Shown piece by piece: positions 56,801-64,000 of a stretch of 64,000 nucleotides of DNA; positions within the stretch are counted from its first letter, which is position 1; each line of letters starts with the position of its first letter. Both the position numbers and the translations under genes were made by a program. The notes below the pieces were generated by a model, which was not told the origin of the DNA, ran no database searches, and saw only the letters and a list, made by a program, of their open reading frames with translations. This stretch comes from Candidatus Latescibacterota bacterium (GTDB lineage: Bacteria > Latescibacterota > UBA2968 > UBA8231), in assembly GCA_965248355.1 (NCBI GenBank), contig OZ252098.1, positions 1,280,001 through 1,344,000 on the forward strand. The letters run 5' to 3'.

Positions 56801-58038
56801 TGATGGACCCCACCCTCAACCGCACGCGCTCGGCGCCGGGCCGGCTGGAGCTGAGCGTCGGTCCCGGCGGCGACCTGGAGGGCCGCGACGACCGGGTGCT
56901 GCAGGCCGGCGCCGACTACCTGGCGCGCCTCGGCGGCGGGGTCCTGCGCGTCCTGCCCGCCACTTACCACATGCGCAACGCCCTCTACCTGCGGCCGGGG
57001 GTGAAGCTGCGCGGCGCCGGCGAGGCCACGGTGCTGCGCAAGACGGCCGGGGCGAGCACGCCGCTGAGCCGCGACTCCGACTGGTACGAGAACCGGGTCA
57101 CCGTGGAGGACCCCTCTCCCTTCCGCCCGGGGTGCGGCATCATGCTGCGCTCGTACGACGGCGACAGCCTGCGCGAGGTGGTGCGCGATACCGTGGTCGA
57201 GATGGACGGCGCCGAGCTGACCCTGTCGCGGCGGCTGCTGAAGAACTTCTGGCTCGAGAACCAGGCCACGGCGGCCACCCTCTTTCCGCTGGTCACGGCC
57301 GAGGAGGGGGTCTGCGACCTGGCCGTGGAAGACCTGGTTCTCGACGGCCACCGCGCCGGGAACGAGGAGATCAACGGCAACTACGCCGGCGCCGTCTTCC
57401 TGCAGCAGTGCCACCGGTGGCGCCTCCGGGGGGTGACGGCGCGCGACTATAACGGCGACGGCTTCAGCTTCCAGGTCTGCGACGACGTCAGCTTCGAGGA
57501 CTGCCGCTCCCTGGACAACGCCAACCTCGGCTTCCACCCGGGCTCCGGATCGCAGCGGCCCCTCTTCCGCAACTGCGAGGCCCGGGGCAACGCCCAGGGG
57601 ATCTTCTTCTGCTGGGGGGTCACCGACGGCCGGGTCGAGGACTGCGCCTGCTGCGACAACCGCGACTACGGCATCAGCATCGGCCACCGCGACACCGACA
57701 ACCGGCTGTCGGGCACCCTCTTCGAGGGCAACCACCGCGTCGGCCTGCTGTTCCGGGAGTCCGCGTCCGGGTTCCGGGGCGGTCACCGCAACGTGGTGGA
57801 GGGCTGCCGCTTCGCCGACAACGGCTTCGCCGGGGAGGGCGTGGCCGTGGACGTGCGCGGCGAGACCCACGACACCGAGATCCGGGACTGCCGTTTCGAG
57901 GCGGGGGCGGGGGGACGGCAGCGCATCGGCATACGCATCGGCGCCGAGGCCCGGGGCACGTGCCTGTCGGGAAACGACTTCGAGGGGCTGGCCGAGGACG
58001 TGGCCGGAGACGCGGCGGAGAGCGGCCCGGACGGCTGA
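56800..58038 (+). CDS. Right-handed parallel beta-helix (pectin-lyase-like) protein
   Basis: LQAGAD...GGGVLRV, LRGAG, repeated N..DG / N...GI turns; ATG overlaps the upstream TGA. Confidence 0.8.
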   Translation: MMDPTLNRTRSAPGRLELSVGPGGDLEGRDDRVLQAGADYLARLGGGVLRVLPATYHMRNALYLRPGVKLRGAGEATVLRKTAGASTPLSRDSDWYENRVTVEDPSPFRPGCGIMLRSYDGDSLREVVRDTVVEMDGAELTLSRRLLKNFWLENQATAATLFPLVTAEEGVCDLAVEDLVLDGHRAGNEEINGNYAGAVFLQQCHRWRLRGVTARDYNGDGFSFQVCDDVSFEDCRSLDNANLGFHPGSGSQRPLFRNCEARGNAQGIFFCWGVTDGRVEDCACCDNRDYGISIGHRDTDNRLSGTLFEGNHRVGLLFRESASGFRGGHRNVVEGCRFADNGFAGEGVAVDVRGETHDTEIRDCRFEAGAGGRQRIGIRIGAEARGTCLSGNDFEGLAEDVAGDAAESGPDG

Positions 58039-58041
58039 TCC

Positions 58042-59457
58042 TTGGACCGCTTCCTCCTCGTCGACTTCGGCACGACGAGCACCAAGTCGGCCCTCCTGCA
58101 GCTCGACAGCGGCCGCTTCGAGCACCTTCGCCGGCACCCGGCCCTGCCCGCGGTCCCCGGGCCGGAGGGGCATCACGAGGTGCCGCTGGCGGCGATCCGG
58201 GAGCGCTTCCACGATCTGTGCGCCGAGGCCTGGACCGCCTCGGGCGGCGGCTTCGAGGGCATCGTCCTGTGCAGCGAGATGCACGGCTTCGCCCTGCTGG
58301 ACCCGCGGACCCGCGAGCCCCTCACCCGGTACATCTCCTGGCTCGACGGCCGCTCCCTGGAGAGGGTGGACGGGCGCAGCTCCTTCGAGCTGGTGGCCGA
58401 CCACCTGGGGGACCGCTTCCGGCGCCTCACCGGCATGCGGCCGCGGCCCGGGTTTCCGCTGATCAACCTCGTCCACTGCGCGCGCACGATGAAGCTGCCG
58501 CCCCAGGTGGAGATGGTCTCCCTGCCCGGCTGGCTCTGCCGCGACGAGGCGGGCGGCCCCCCGCCGGAGCATCCCACCATCCTGGCGGGAATGGCCCTCT
58601 ACGACGTGGCCGGGAGGAAGATCGCACCGGAACTGCTGGAGACCGCGCGCGAGCTGGGGGGCGTCTCGCCGATCCCGGGCGAGGCCGCCGCCGAGGACAC
58701 GGTCGCCGGTCATTGGGCCGGACCCCTGGGTCCCGTGCCGGTCTTCGCCGGCGTCGGCGACCACCAGTGCTCGGTGCTGGGCGCGGGGGTGGTGGAGGAG
58801 ACCACGGCTTCGGTCAATCTGGGCACCGGCAGCCAGGTGGCCGTCCTCGGCGCACCCCGGGACCAGGGCTTCGAGCAGCGGCCCCACTTGGACGGGCTCG
58901 ACCTGACCGCCGTCACCCACATCCCGGGGGGCCGCGCCCTCGCCGAGTTCGTCGGTTTCCTGCAGCAGGTGTCGGGGCGCGCCCTGGCGGCCTCCGGCGG
59001 CGGCTCCGGACCCGGTTGGTGGGCCGCGATGGCTGCTCTGGGCGCCGCGGAGGTGGACGCCGCGAGCCTGGAGGTGGACCTGGCCGTCTTCGAGGGGGCC
59101 CGGGGATACCGCGCCGGAGGCGGCATCGGCGGCGTGCTCGAGGGCGGCCTGACGCCGGAGAACTACCTCGCCTCCGTGTTGCGCGCCTTCGTGACCCAGT
59201 ACGCCGAGGTCCTCGACGAGCTGGACCCCGGGCGCCGCCTGGAGAAGGTCGCCCTCGGGGGCGGGATCGCCCGCAACCTGCCGCGTCTGGCGGAGCTGCT
59301 GTCGAGCGCCTCGGGGCGGAACGTGCAGGGGGCCTGCGCCCTCGACGAGTCCCTCCTCGGCCTGCGCGCCCTCGCCCTGCGCTGCGCCGGACGGACCTCC
59401 ACGACGGCGGAGGCCTGGCGCCTGCACGGGGGGACCTGCGAGGTGGTGGAGAGGTGA
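58042..59457 (+). CDS. FGGY family carbohydrate kinase (sedoheptulokinase/xylulokinase-like)
   Basis: VDFGTTSTK, SEMHG, ISWLDGR, GDHQCS, NLGTGSQ, GGGIAR. Confidence 0.85.
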   Translation: MDRFLLVDFGTTSTKSALLQLDSGRFEHLRRHPALPAVPGPEGHHEVPLAAIRERFHDLCAEAWTASGGGFEGIVLCSEMHGFALLDPRTREPLTRYISWLDGRSLERVDGRSSFELVADHLGDRFRRLTGMRPRPGFPLINLVHCARTMKLPPQVEMVSLPGWLCRDEAGGPPPEHPTILAGMALYDVAGRKIAPELLETARELGGVSPIPGEAAAEDTVAGHWAGPLGPVPVFAGVGDHQCSVLGAGVVEETTASVNLGTGSQVAVLGAPRDQGFEQRPHLDGLDLTAVTHIPGGRALAEFVGFLQQVSGRALAASGGGSGPGWWAAMAALGAAEVDAASLEVDLAVFEGARGYRAGGGIGGVLEGGLTPENYLASVLRAFVTQYAEVLDELDPGRRLEKVALGGGIARNLPRLAELLSSASGRNVQGACALDESLLGLRALALRCAGRTSTTAEAWRLHGGTCEVVER

Positions 59458-59479
59458 GAGCCGGGGCCCGGCCGGCCCG

Positions 59480-60211
59480 TCAGGCTTCCGCCGAACGAGC
59501 GAAGAGCCAGGCGCCCAGGGCCACGTAGGCCAGACCCACGGCGCAGGTCACGGTTAGGGAGGCGAGCATCTCCCCGTGCCCGACGTGCAGGCCCGAGAGC
59601 GGATCCCACCTCACGGTCTCGAAGATCCCCGAGCCGGGCAGCACCAGGGCCTTCACCCTGGCGTGCAGATAGATGCCGAGCAGGACCGCGGCCGCGGTCG
59701 TCAGCCCCTTGAACCTCGGCGCCAGGAGCCGGACCACGGCGGCCCCGCAGGCGATCCCGGAGACCAGCACCAGGAGCCCGAAGTAGAGGGCCGCCGCCGT
59801 TGCCCAGGCGCCGGCGGGGTCGATGGCGGGCATGGGGTGCAGGGCGGGCCCGAGGCGCACGTAGACCGCGTGCAGGGCGAGGCCGCTCACCAGGAAGAGG
59901 GCCGCCCCCAGGCTCACGTGGGCGGTCGCCTTGGCCAGCAGCGGCCAGGCCCGCCCCACCGGCAGCGACAGCAGCAGGTAGTGGGTCCCCGTCCGCCACT
60001 CGCGGGTCACCGACTTGACGAGCAGCGCCGGCAGCATCAGGGCGCTCGCCCCGGTGAGCAGCACCAGCCCCAGCGCCGCCAGCGCCGTCGAGGCCGAGGG
60101 CCCCGCGGCGGCCGCGTAGAGGCCGATGCCGGCGGTCGTGGCCAAGGCGAAGGCAGCTACCAGCCGCAACTCCTTCAGTTCCTTCACATAAAGCGCGGCC
60201 AGCGGGCTCAC
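59480..60211 (-). CDS. ABC-2-type exporter membrane protein
   Basis: LYVKELKE, REWRTGT..LLSLPV...LLAK; about six hydrophobic segments; GTGA overlap with the ATPase gene. Confidence 0.75.
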   Translation of the reverse strand: MSPLAALYVKELKELRLVAAFALATTAGIGLYAAAAGPSASTALAALGLVLLTGASALMLPALLVKSVTREWRTGTHYLLLSLPVGRAWPLLAKATAHVSLGAALFLVSGLALHAVYVRLGPALHPMPAIDPAGAWATAAALYFGLLVLVSGIACGAAVVRLLAPRFKGLTTAAAVLLGIYLHARVKALVLPGSGIFETVRWDPLSGLHVGHGEMLASLTVTCAVGLAYVALGAWLFARSAEA

Positions 60212-60897
60212 GTCACCAGCTCCTCGAAGATGTCGGTCAGGGATCCCCCCCGGCTCTCGCGCAGCTCGCCGGCGGCGCCGGCCAGGGCGACCTCGCCTTC
60301 GCGCAGGTAGACCACGTCTTCCACCAGCTCCTCCACCTCGTCCACGAGGTGCGTGGAGAGCAGCGCCGTCTGCCCGTGGGCGCGCAACTCCTCCGTCAGG
60401 CTCCGCAGAATGAGCCGGCGCGAGGGCGGGTCGATGCCGTTGAAGGGCTCGTCCATGACCACCAGCCGGCTCCGCCGGGAGAAGGCGGCGACGATCTTCA
60501 GCCGCGCCCGCTGGCCGTGGGACAGCCCGCCCACCCGGGCGCCGCGGTCCAGCTTCATGGCCGCCAGCAGCTCCCGCTCCCGGGCCGGGTTCCAGTCCTC
60601 GTGGAAGGCGCGCAGGTAGTCGAGCTGCTCGCCGACGCGCATCCACTCGTAGCAGGGGTCGACCTCGGGCAGGAAGGCGGTCTCCCGGCGCGTGCCGAGC
60701 CCCACCTCCTCCCCGAAGACGCGCACCTGGCCCCGGTCGGGCCGCGTGATCCCGGCGACGATGCGCAGCAGCGTGCTCTTGCCGCTGCCGTTCTCCCCCA
60801 GCAGGCCGGTAACGCACCCGGCCTTGAAGCGCAGACTCACGCCGCGCAGGGCCTCGGTGCCGCCGTAGCGCTTCCACACATCCTCGACCTCGATCAT
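60208..60897 (-). CDS. ABC transporter ATP-binding protein (YtrB-like)
   Basis: GENGSGKST, LSHGQ, MDEPFNGID, STH; GAGGAGG RBS. Confidence 0.9.
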   Translation of the reverse strand: MIEVEDVWKRYGGTEALRGVSLRFKAGCVTGLLGENGSGKSTLLRIVAGITRPDRGQVRVFGEEVGLGTRRETAFLPEVDPCYEWMRVGEQLDYLRAFHEDWNPARERELLAAMKLDRGARVGGLSHGQRARLKIVAAFSRRSRLVVMDEPFNGIDPPSRRLILRSLTEELRAHGQTALLSTHLVDEVEELVEDVVYLREGEVALAGAAGELRESRGGSLTDIFEELVT

Positions 60898-61009
60898 CCC
60901 GTCCCTCCTCGCGTGCAGAGAGGAACGCCGCCAGGCCCGGAGGTTGTCAAGGCCCGGCCCCATGCGCTTAGGTGAAGCATGCCACCCACCCCGAACCGAG
61001 GAGCAACGG

Positions 61010-62233
61010 ATGAAGATCACGGATATCGAGGTCATCCCCATCGCCATGCCCCTGGCCGCCCGCTACGGCGACGCTGCGGGCCGGGTGCGCATGGGGGGCA
61101 TCGACGACCACGTGGTGGTCAAGGTCCACACCGACAACGGCCTGACCGGGTACGGCGACTACGAGGACCAGCCTCATATCGACGAGGCGGTGATCGAGTC
61201 CCTCATCGGGCGCAGCCCCTTCGACTTCGTCAACAACGACCTCAACCTCGCCCTCGGCATGGCCCTCTACGACGTGATGGGCAAGTACCTGGAGGTGCCG
61301 GCCTACAAGCTGATGGGTCAGAAGCTGCGCGACGCCGTGCCCTGCGCCGCCTGGACCCGGCCCTGCCCTCCCGAGGTCTTCGCCGGCGAGATCCGGCGCT
61401 CGGCGGACCAGGGCTACCGCGTCTTCAAGATGCACTCCAACGCCCGCTACGACGTGATCGAGCAGACCCGGGCCGCCGCCGACGCGGCCCCGGCGGGCTT
61501 CAAGCTGCACTGGGACTTCAACCACAACCGCAGCCCGGGCGTGATGCTGCCCATCCTGGCGGAGCTGGAGCGGGACTTCTCCCACGTGGTCGGCTTCATC
61601 GAGGATCCCCTTCCCTGGCAGGACATCGACGGCTGGGCGAAGCTGCGGGCCAAGTCGCGGATCCCCCTGATCATGCACGTGCCCCAGCTCGGCGGCATCC
61701 AGGAGGTCATGGCCGGGGCCGCCGACATCTACATGACCGGCGGCGCCATCGGCCGCACCCTGCAGTCCGGCTTCGCCTACGGCCGGGCCAACGTGCAGGC
61801 CCTGATCCAGCAGTCGGGAGGGGCGCTGATGAAGGCCCTCACCCTGCACCAGGCCGCGGTGCTGCCCACGGCCACGGCCCACGTCATCACCCTCGACGAC
61901 CAGTACGAGCGCGACATCGCCGGGCCGGTGGCCGTGGAGGAGGGCTTCTCCCGCGTCCCCGAGGCGCCGGGCCTCGGCCTGGAGGTGGACGACGACGCCA
62001 TCGCCGAGTTCTCCCGCGGCGAGCGGCTGCCGCGGGTGGACTACATCGGCGTCCTGCGCCTGCCGGGCGGCAAGCGGCTCTACACGCGCGGCTCCCCGGG
62101 CGTGCAGAAACTCACCGGCTTCGAGGAGGGCGCCCTGCCGGGGATCGGCTTCGAGTACTGGGAGAACGACGGCAGCGAGGAGTACCGCAAGGCCCGGGCC
62201 CGTCTCGACGCCGAGGGCAGCTACATGGTCTGA
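61010..62233 (+). CDS. Mandelate racemase/muconate lactonizing enzyme family protein
   Basis: MKITDIEV, VHTDNGLTGYG, ALYDVMGK...P.Y.LMG, FKMH, WDFN, IEDP, PEAPGLG. Confidence 0.87.
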   Translation: MKITDIEVIPIAMPLAARYGDAAGRVRMGGIDDHVVVKVHTDNGLTGYGDYEDQPHIDEAVIESLIGRSPFDFVNNDLNLALGMALYDVMGKYLEVPAYKLMGQKLRDAVPCAAWTRPCPPEVFAGEIRRSADQGYRVFKMHSNARYDVIEQTRAAADAAPAGFKLHWDFNHNRSPGVMLPILAELERDFSHVVGFIEDPLPWQDIDGWAKLRAKSRIPLIMHVPQLGGIQEVMAGAADIYMTGGAIGRTLQSGFAYGRANVQALIQQSGGALMKALTLHQAAVLPTATAHVITLDDQYERDIAGPVAVEEGFSRVPEAPGLGLEVDDDAIAEFSRGERLPRVDYIGVLRLPGGKRLYTRGSPGVQKLTGFEEGALPGIGFEYWENDGSEEYRKARARLDAEGSYMV

Positions 62234-62361
62234 CGCCGGAGCGGACCCGTCAGCGGCGGCGGGTCCGCCAGGCCCTCACCCGGCTCGACGGCGAAGGCAC
62301 CTGATGGTCCGATGCCGGAGCGGACCGTCAGCGGCGCCGGGTCAGCCAGGCCTTCACCCGG
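62232..62361. repeat. Imperfect direct repeat (two copies of about 51 bp, about 79-bp period)
   Basis: 62232-62283 GACGCCGGAGCGGACCCGTCAGCGGCGGCGGGTCCGCCAGGCCCTCACCCGG versus 62311-62361 GATGCCGGAGCGGACCGTCAGCGGCGCCGGGTCAGCCAGGCCTTCACCCGG. Confidence 0.85.
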
Positions 62362-63323
62362 GGGTGGTCGAGGACCTCCGGCTGCAGCACGTGCTCCGGC
62401 TCGCGGCCGTGGATGACGTCGGTGACCTGCTCGAAGGTCCTGGCGTCGAGCCGCTGGACCGATTCGACGGTGATGCCGCCGTTGTGGTTGGTGCAGATGA
62501 TGCGCGGGTGGTCCTTGTAGACGGCGCGGGTGTCGTTCACGGGATCGTCGACGACGTAGTAGGTCAGACGGCCCTCCTCCACCGCCCGGAGGGCGTCGTC
62601 GTCGCAGACGAGGTTGCCCCGCGAGGGGTTGATCAGCGACGCGTGGGGCCGCATCGCCTTCAGCTGCTCGTAGCGGACGATGGTGTCGTCCCCGGAGACG
62701 TGGAGGCTCACGGTGTCGCTCTCCTCGAAGAGGCGCATGGGATCGTCCACGGCCTCGGCGCCGTGGCGGGCGGCGACCTCGGCGATGTCGGGACGGACGT
62801 CGTAGACCAGCAGGCGGCCCGAGTCGCCCAGCAAGGGCCTGGCGCGCAGGGCCACCTCCTGGCCGATGCGGCCGAACCCGTAGAGGCCGAGGGTGGAGCC
62901 CCGGGCCTCGAGGGTGGGGATGATGGTGAAGTCGCCGGCGTGGGACATGCGGTTGAGGGTGTGGGTCCGCTTCAGCGTCGCCATCCACTGGGCGATGGTG
63001 TACTCGGCTACGGCGTCCATGTGCACGGGCGTGATCGTCACCGGCACGCCGAGCTCGGTGGCCACCTCGATCTGGACCTTGTCGTAGCCGACCCCCCAGC
63101 GGGCGATGAGGCGCAGGTCGGTGCCGCGCTCGTAGAACTCGCGGTGCACGAGGCTGGAGTTGGCGATGACGCCGACGACGCCGTCGGCCATGTCGCCGGT
63201 GAGGTCGGAGTCGTAGTCGACGAGATCGGCGATCTCCGCCAGCTTCGCCAGGCCGGCGCGCCTGTGGTCGGAGGCGAAGGCCTCGTTGCGGAAGATCTTG
63301 GTGAGCAGGACCTTCGGTTTCAT
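62328..63323 (-). CDS. D-isomer-specific 2-hydroxyacid dehydrogenase (SerA-like)
   Basis: ARWGVGYD, AVAE, GLYGFGRIG, VSLH, INPSRG, TNHNGG; AAAGGAG RBS. Confidence 0.9.
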   Translation of the reverse strand: MKPKVLLTKIFRNEAFASDHRRAGLAKLAEIADLVDYDSDLTGDMADGVVGVIANSSLVHREFYERGTDLRLIARWGVGYDKVQIEVATELGVPVTITPVHMDAVAEYTIAQWMATLKRTHTLNRMSHAGDFTIIPTLEARGSTLGLYGFGRIGQEVALRARPLLGDSGRLLVYDVRPDIAEVAARHGAEAVDDPMRLFEESDTVSLHVSGDDTIVRYEQLKAMRPHASLINPSRGNLVCDDDALRAVEEGRLTYYVVDDPVNDTRAVYKDHPRIICTNHNGGITVESVQRLDARTFEQVTDVIHGREPEHVLQPEVLDHPRVKAWLTRRR

Positions 63324-63409
63324 GGTCTCTCCTTTCGCGCCGATAGTATATGGGGGCCACCGACAGGCGGCTTGTGGCTCTCAGCCGGGCTTCGCACCTT
63401 TGCGAGGCC

Positions 63410-64000
63410 ATGAGCCCCTACACCCTTCTCCTGCGTCCCCTCCTCTTCCGTCTCGACGCCGAGAGGGCCCACGAGGCGACCCTGGCCGCGGCCTCCGCCG
63501 CCGGCGCCAGGGCCCTCGCACGGGCGGCCCTGCGGTCGCTCTACGGTTTCGAGGACGAGCGGCTGTCCACCGAGGTCGCCGGCCTGCGGTTCCCGAACCC
63601 GCTGGGGCTGGCGGCGGGCTTCGACAAGAACGGCCGCGCCATCCAGGCCCTCTCCTGCCTGGGGCTGGGCCACGTGGAGATCGGCTCGGTCTCGGCCCGT
63701 CCGTCGCGGGGCAACCCCCGGCCGCGCCTCTTCCGCCTGCCCGCCGACGAGGCCATCGTCGTCAACTACGGAGTCCCCAACGACGGCGCCGCCGCCGTCG
63801 CCGCCCGTGTCGCGGCTCGCCCCACGCCCGTGCCCCTGGGGGTGAACCTGGTGGAGACGAACAGCGGCCTCCCGGCTGCGGCCGACGAGGTGATCGCCCA
63901 GTTCGCCGAGACCGCCCGCGCCTTCCTCGGGCGCGCCGACTACCTCACCCTCAACCTCAACTGTCCGAACACGACCGCCGGCGCCAGCCCCTTCGACGAT
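63410..64000 (+). CDS. pyrD: Quinone-dependent dihydroorotate dehydrogenase (partial, runs off the window)
   Basis: MSPYTLLLRPLLFRLDAERAHE...FPNPLGLAAGFDKNG...GHVEIGSV...GNPRPRLFRL...YLTLNLNCPNT, translated by hand from the ATG at 63410. Confidence 0.9.
   Translation, partial: MSPYTLLLRPLLFRLDAERAHEATLAAASAAGARALARAALRSLYGFEDERLSTEVAGLRFPNPLGLAAGFDKNGRAIQALSCLGLGHVEIGSVSARPSRGNPRPRLFRLPADEAIVVNYGVPNDGAAAVAARVAARPTPVPLGVNLVETNSGLPAAADEVIAQFAETARAFLGRADYLTLNLNCPNTTAGASPFDD

Noticed and set aside
62232..62361. Repeat pair as a diversity-generating retroelement TR/VR or a mini-CRISPR
   Set aside because: Mismatches are not confined to adenines and include an indel. There are only two copies, and no reverse transcriptase or cas gene is present.

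Overview
64 kb of a very GC-rich (roughly 70% by eye), gene-dense bacterial chromosome from a diderm organism (LptE, DsbD and lipoproteins are present). The gene content and a Calx-beta/FN3 adhesin relic suggest a Latescibacterota/Gemmatimonadota-like, possibly host-associated lineage; this is inference only. Housekeeping genes include uvrB, dnaK, pgi, gnd, aroA, rarA, gdhA, lipA, mnmG, adk, a Dus enzyme, pyrD and tRNA-Thr(TGT), mixed with many carbohydrate and redox enzymes. The most notable locus is a seven-gene corrinoid (B12) methyl-transfer operon at 39794-45530. It encodes an MtaA/CmuA-type Zn methyltransferase, a stand-alone corrinoid protein, a RACo/ASKHA reductive activator, a stand-alone homocysteine S-methyltransferase, a 'virulence factor' domain protein and two uncharacterised Cys/His-motif proteins. 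The folate (pterin-binding) methyltransferase that would complete a split methionine synthase appears only as a frameshifted, truncated relic about 7 kb away, inside a mosaic of gene fragments (51.7-53.4 kb). A core MetE-like enzyme is also present at 16307-17308. I found no integrase, transposase, CRISPR array or rRNA. All family assignments come from motifs recognised by eye, not from database searches.
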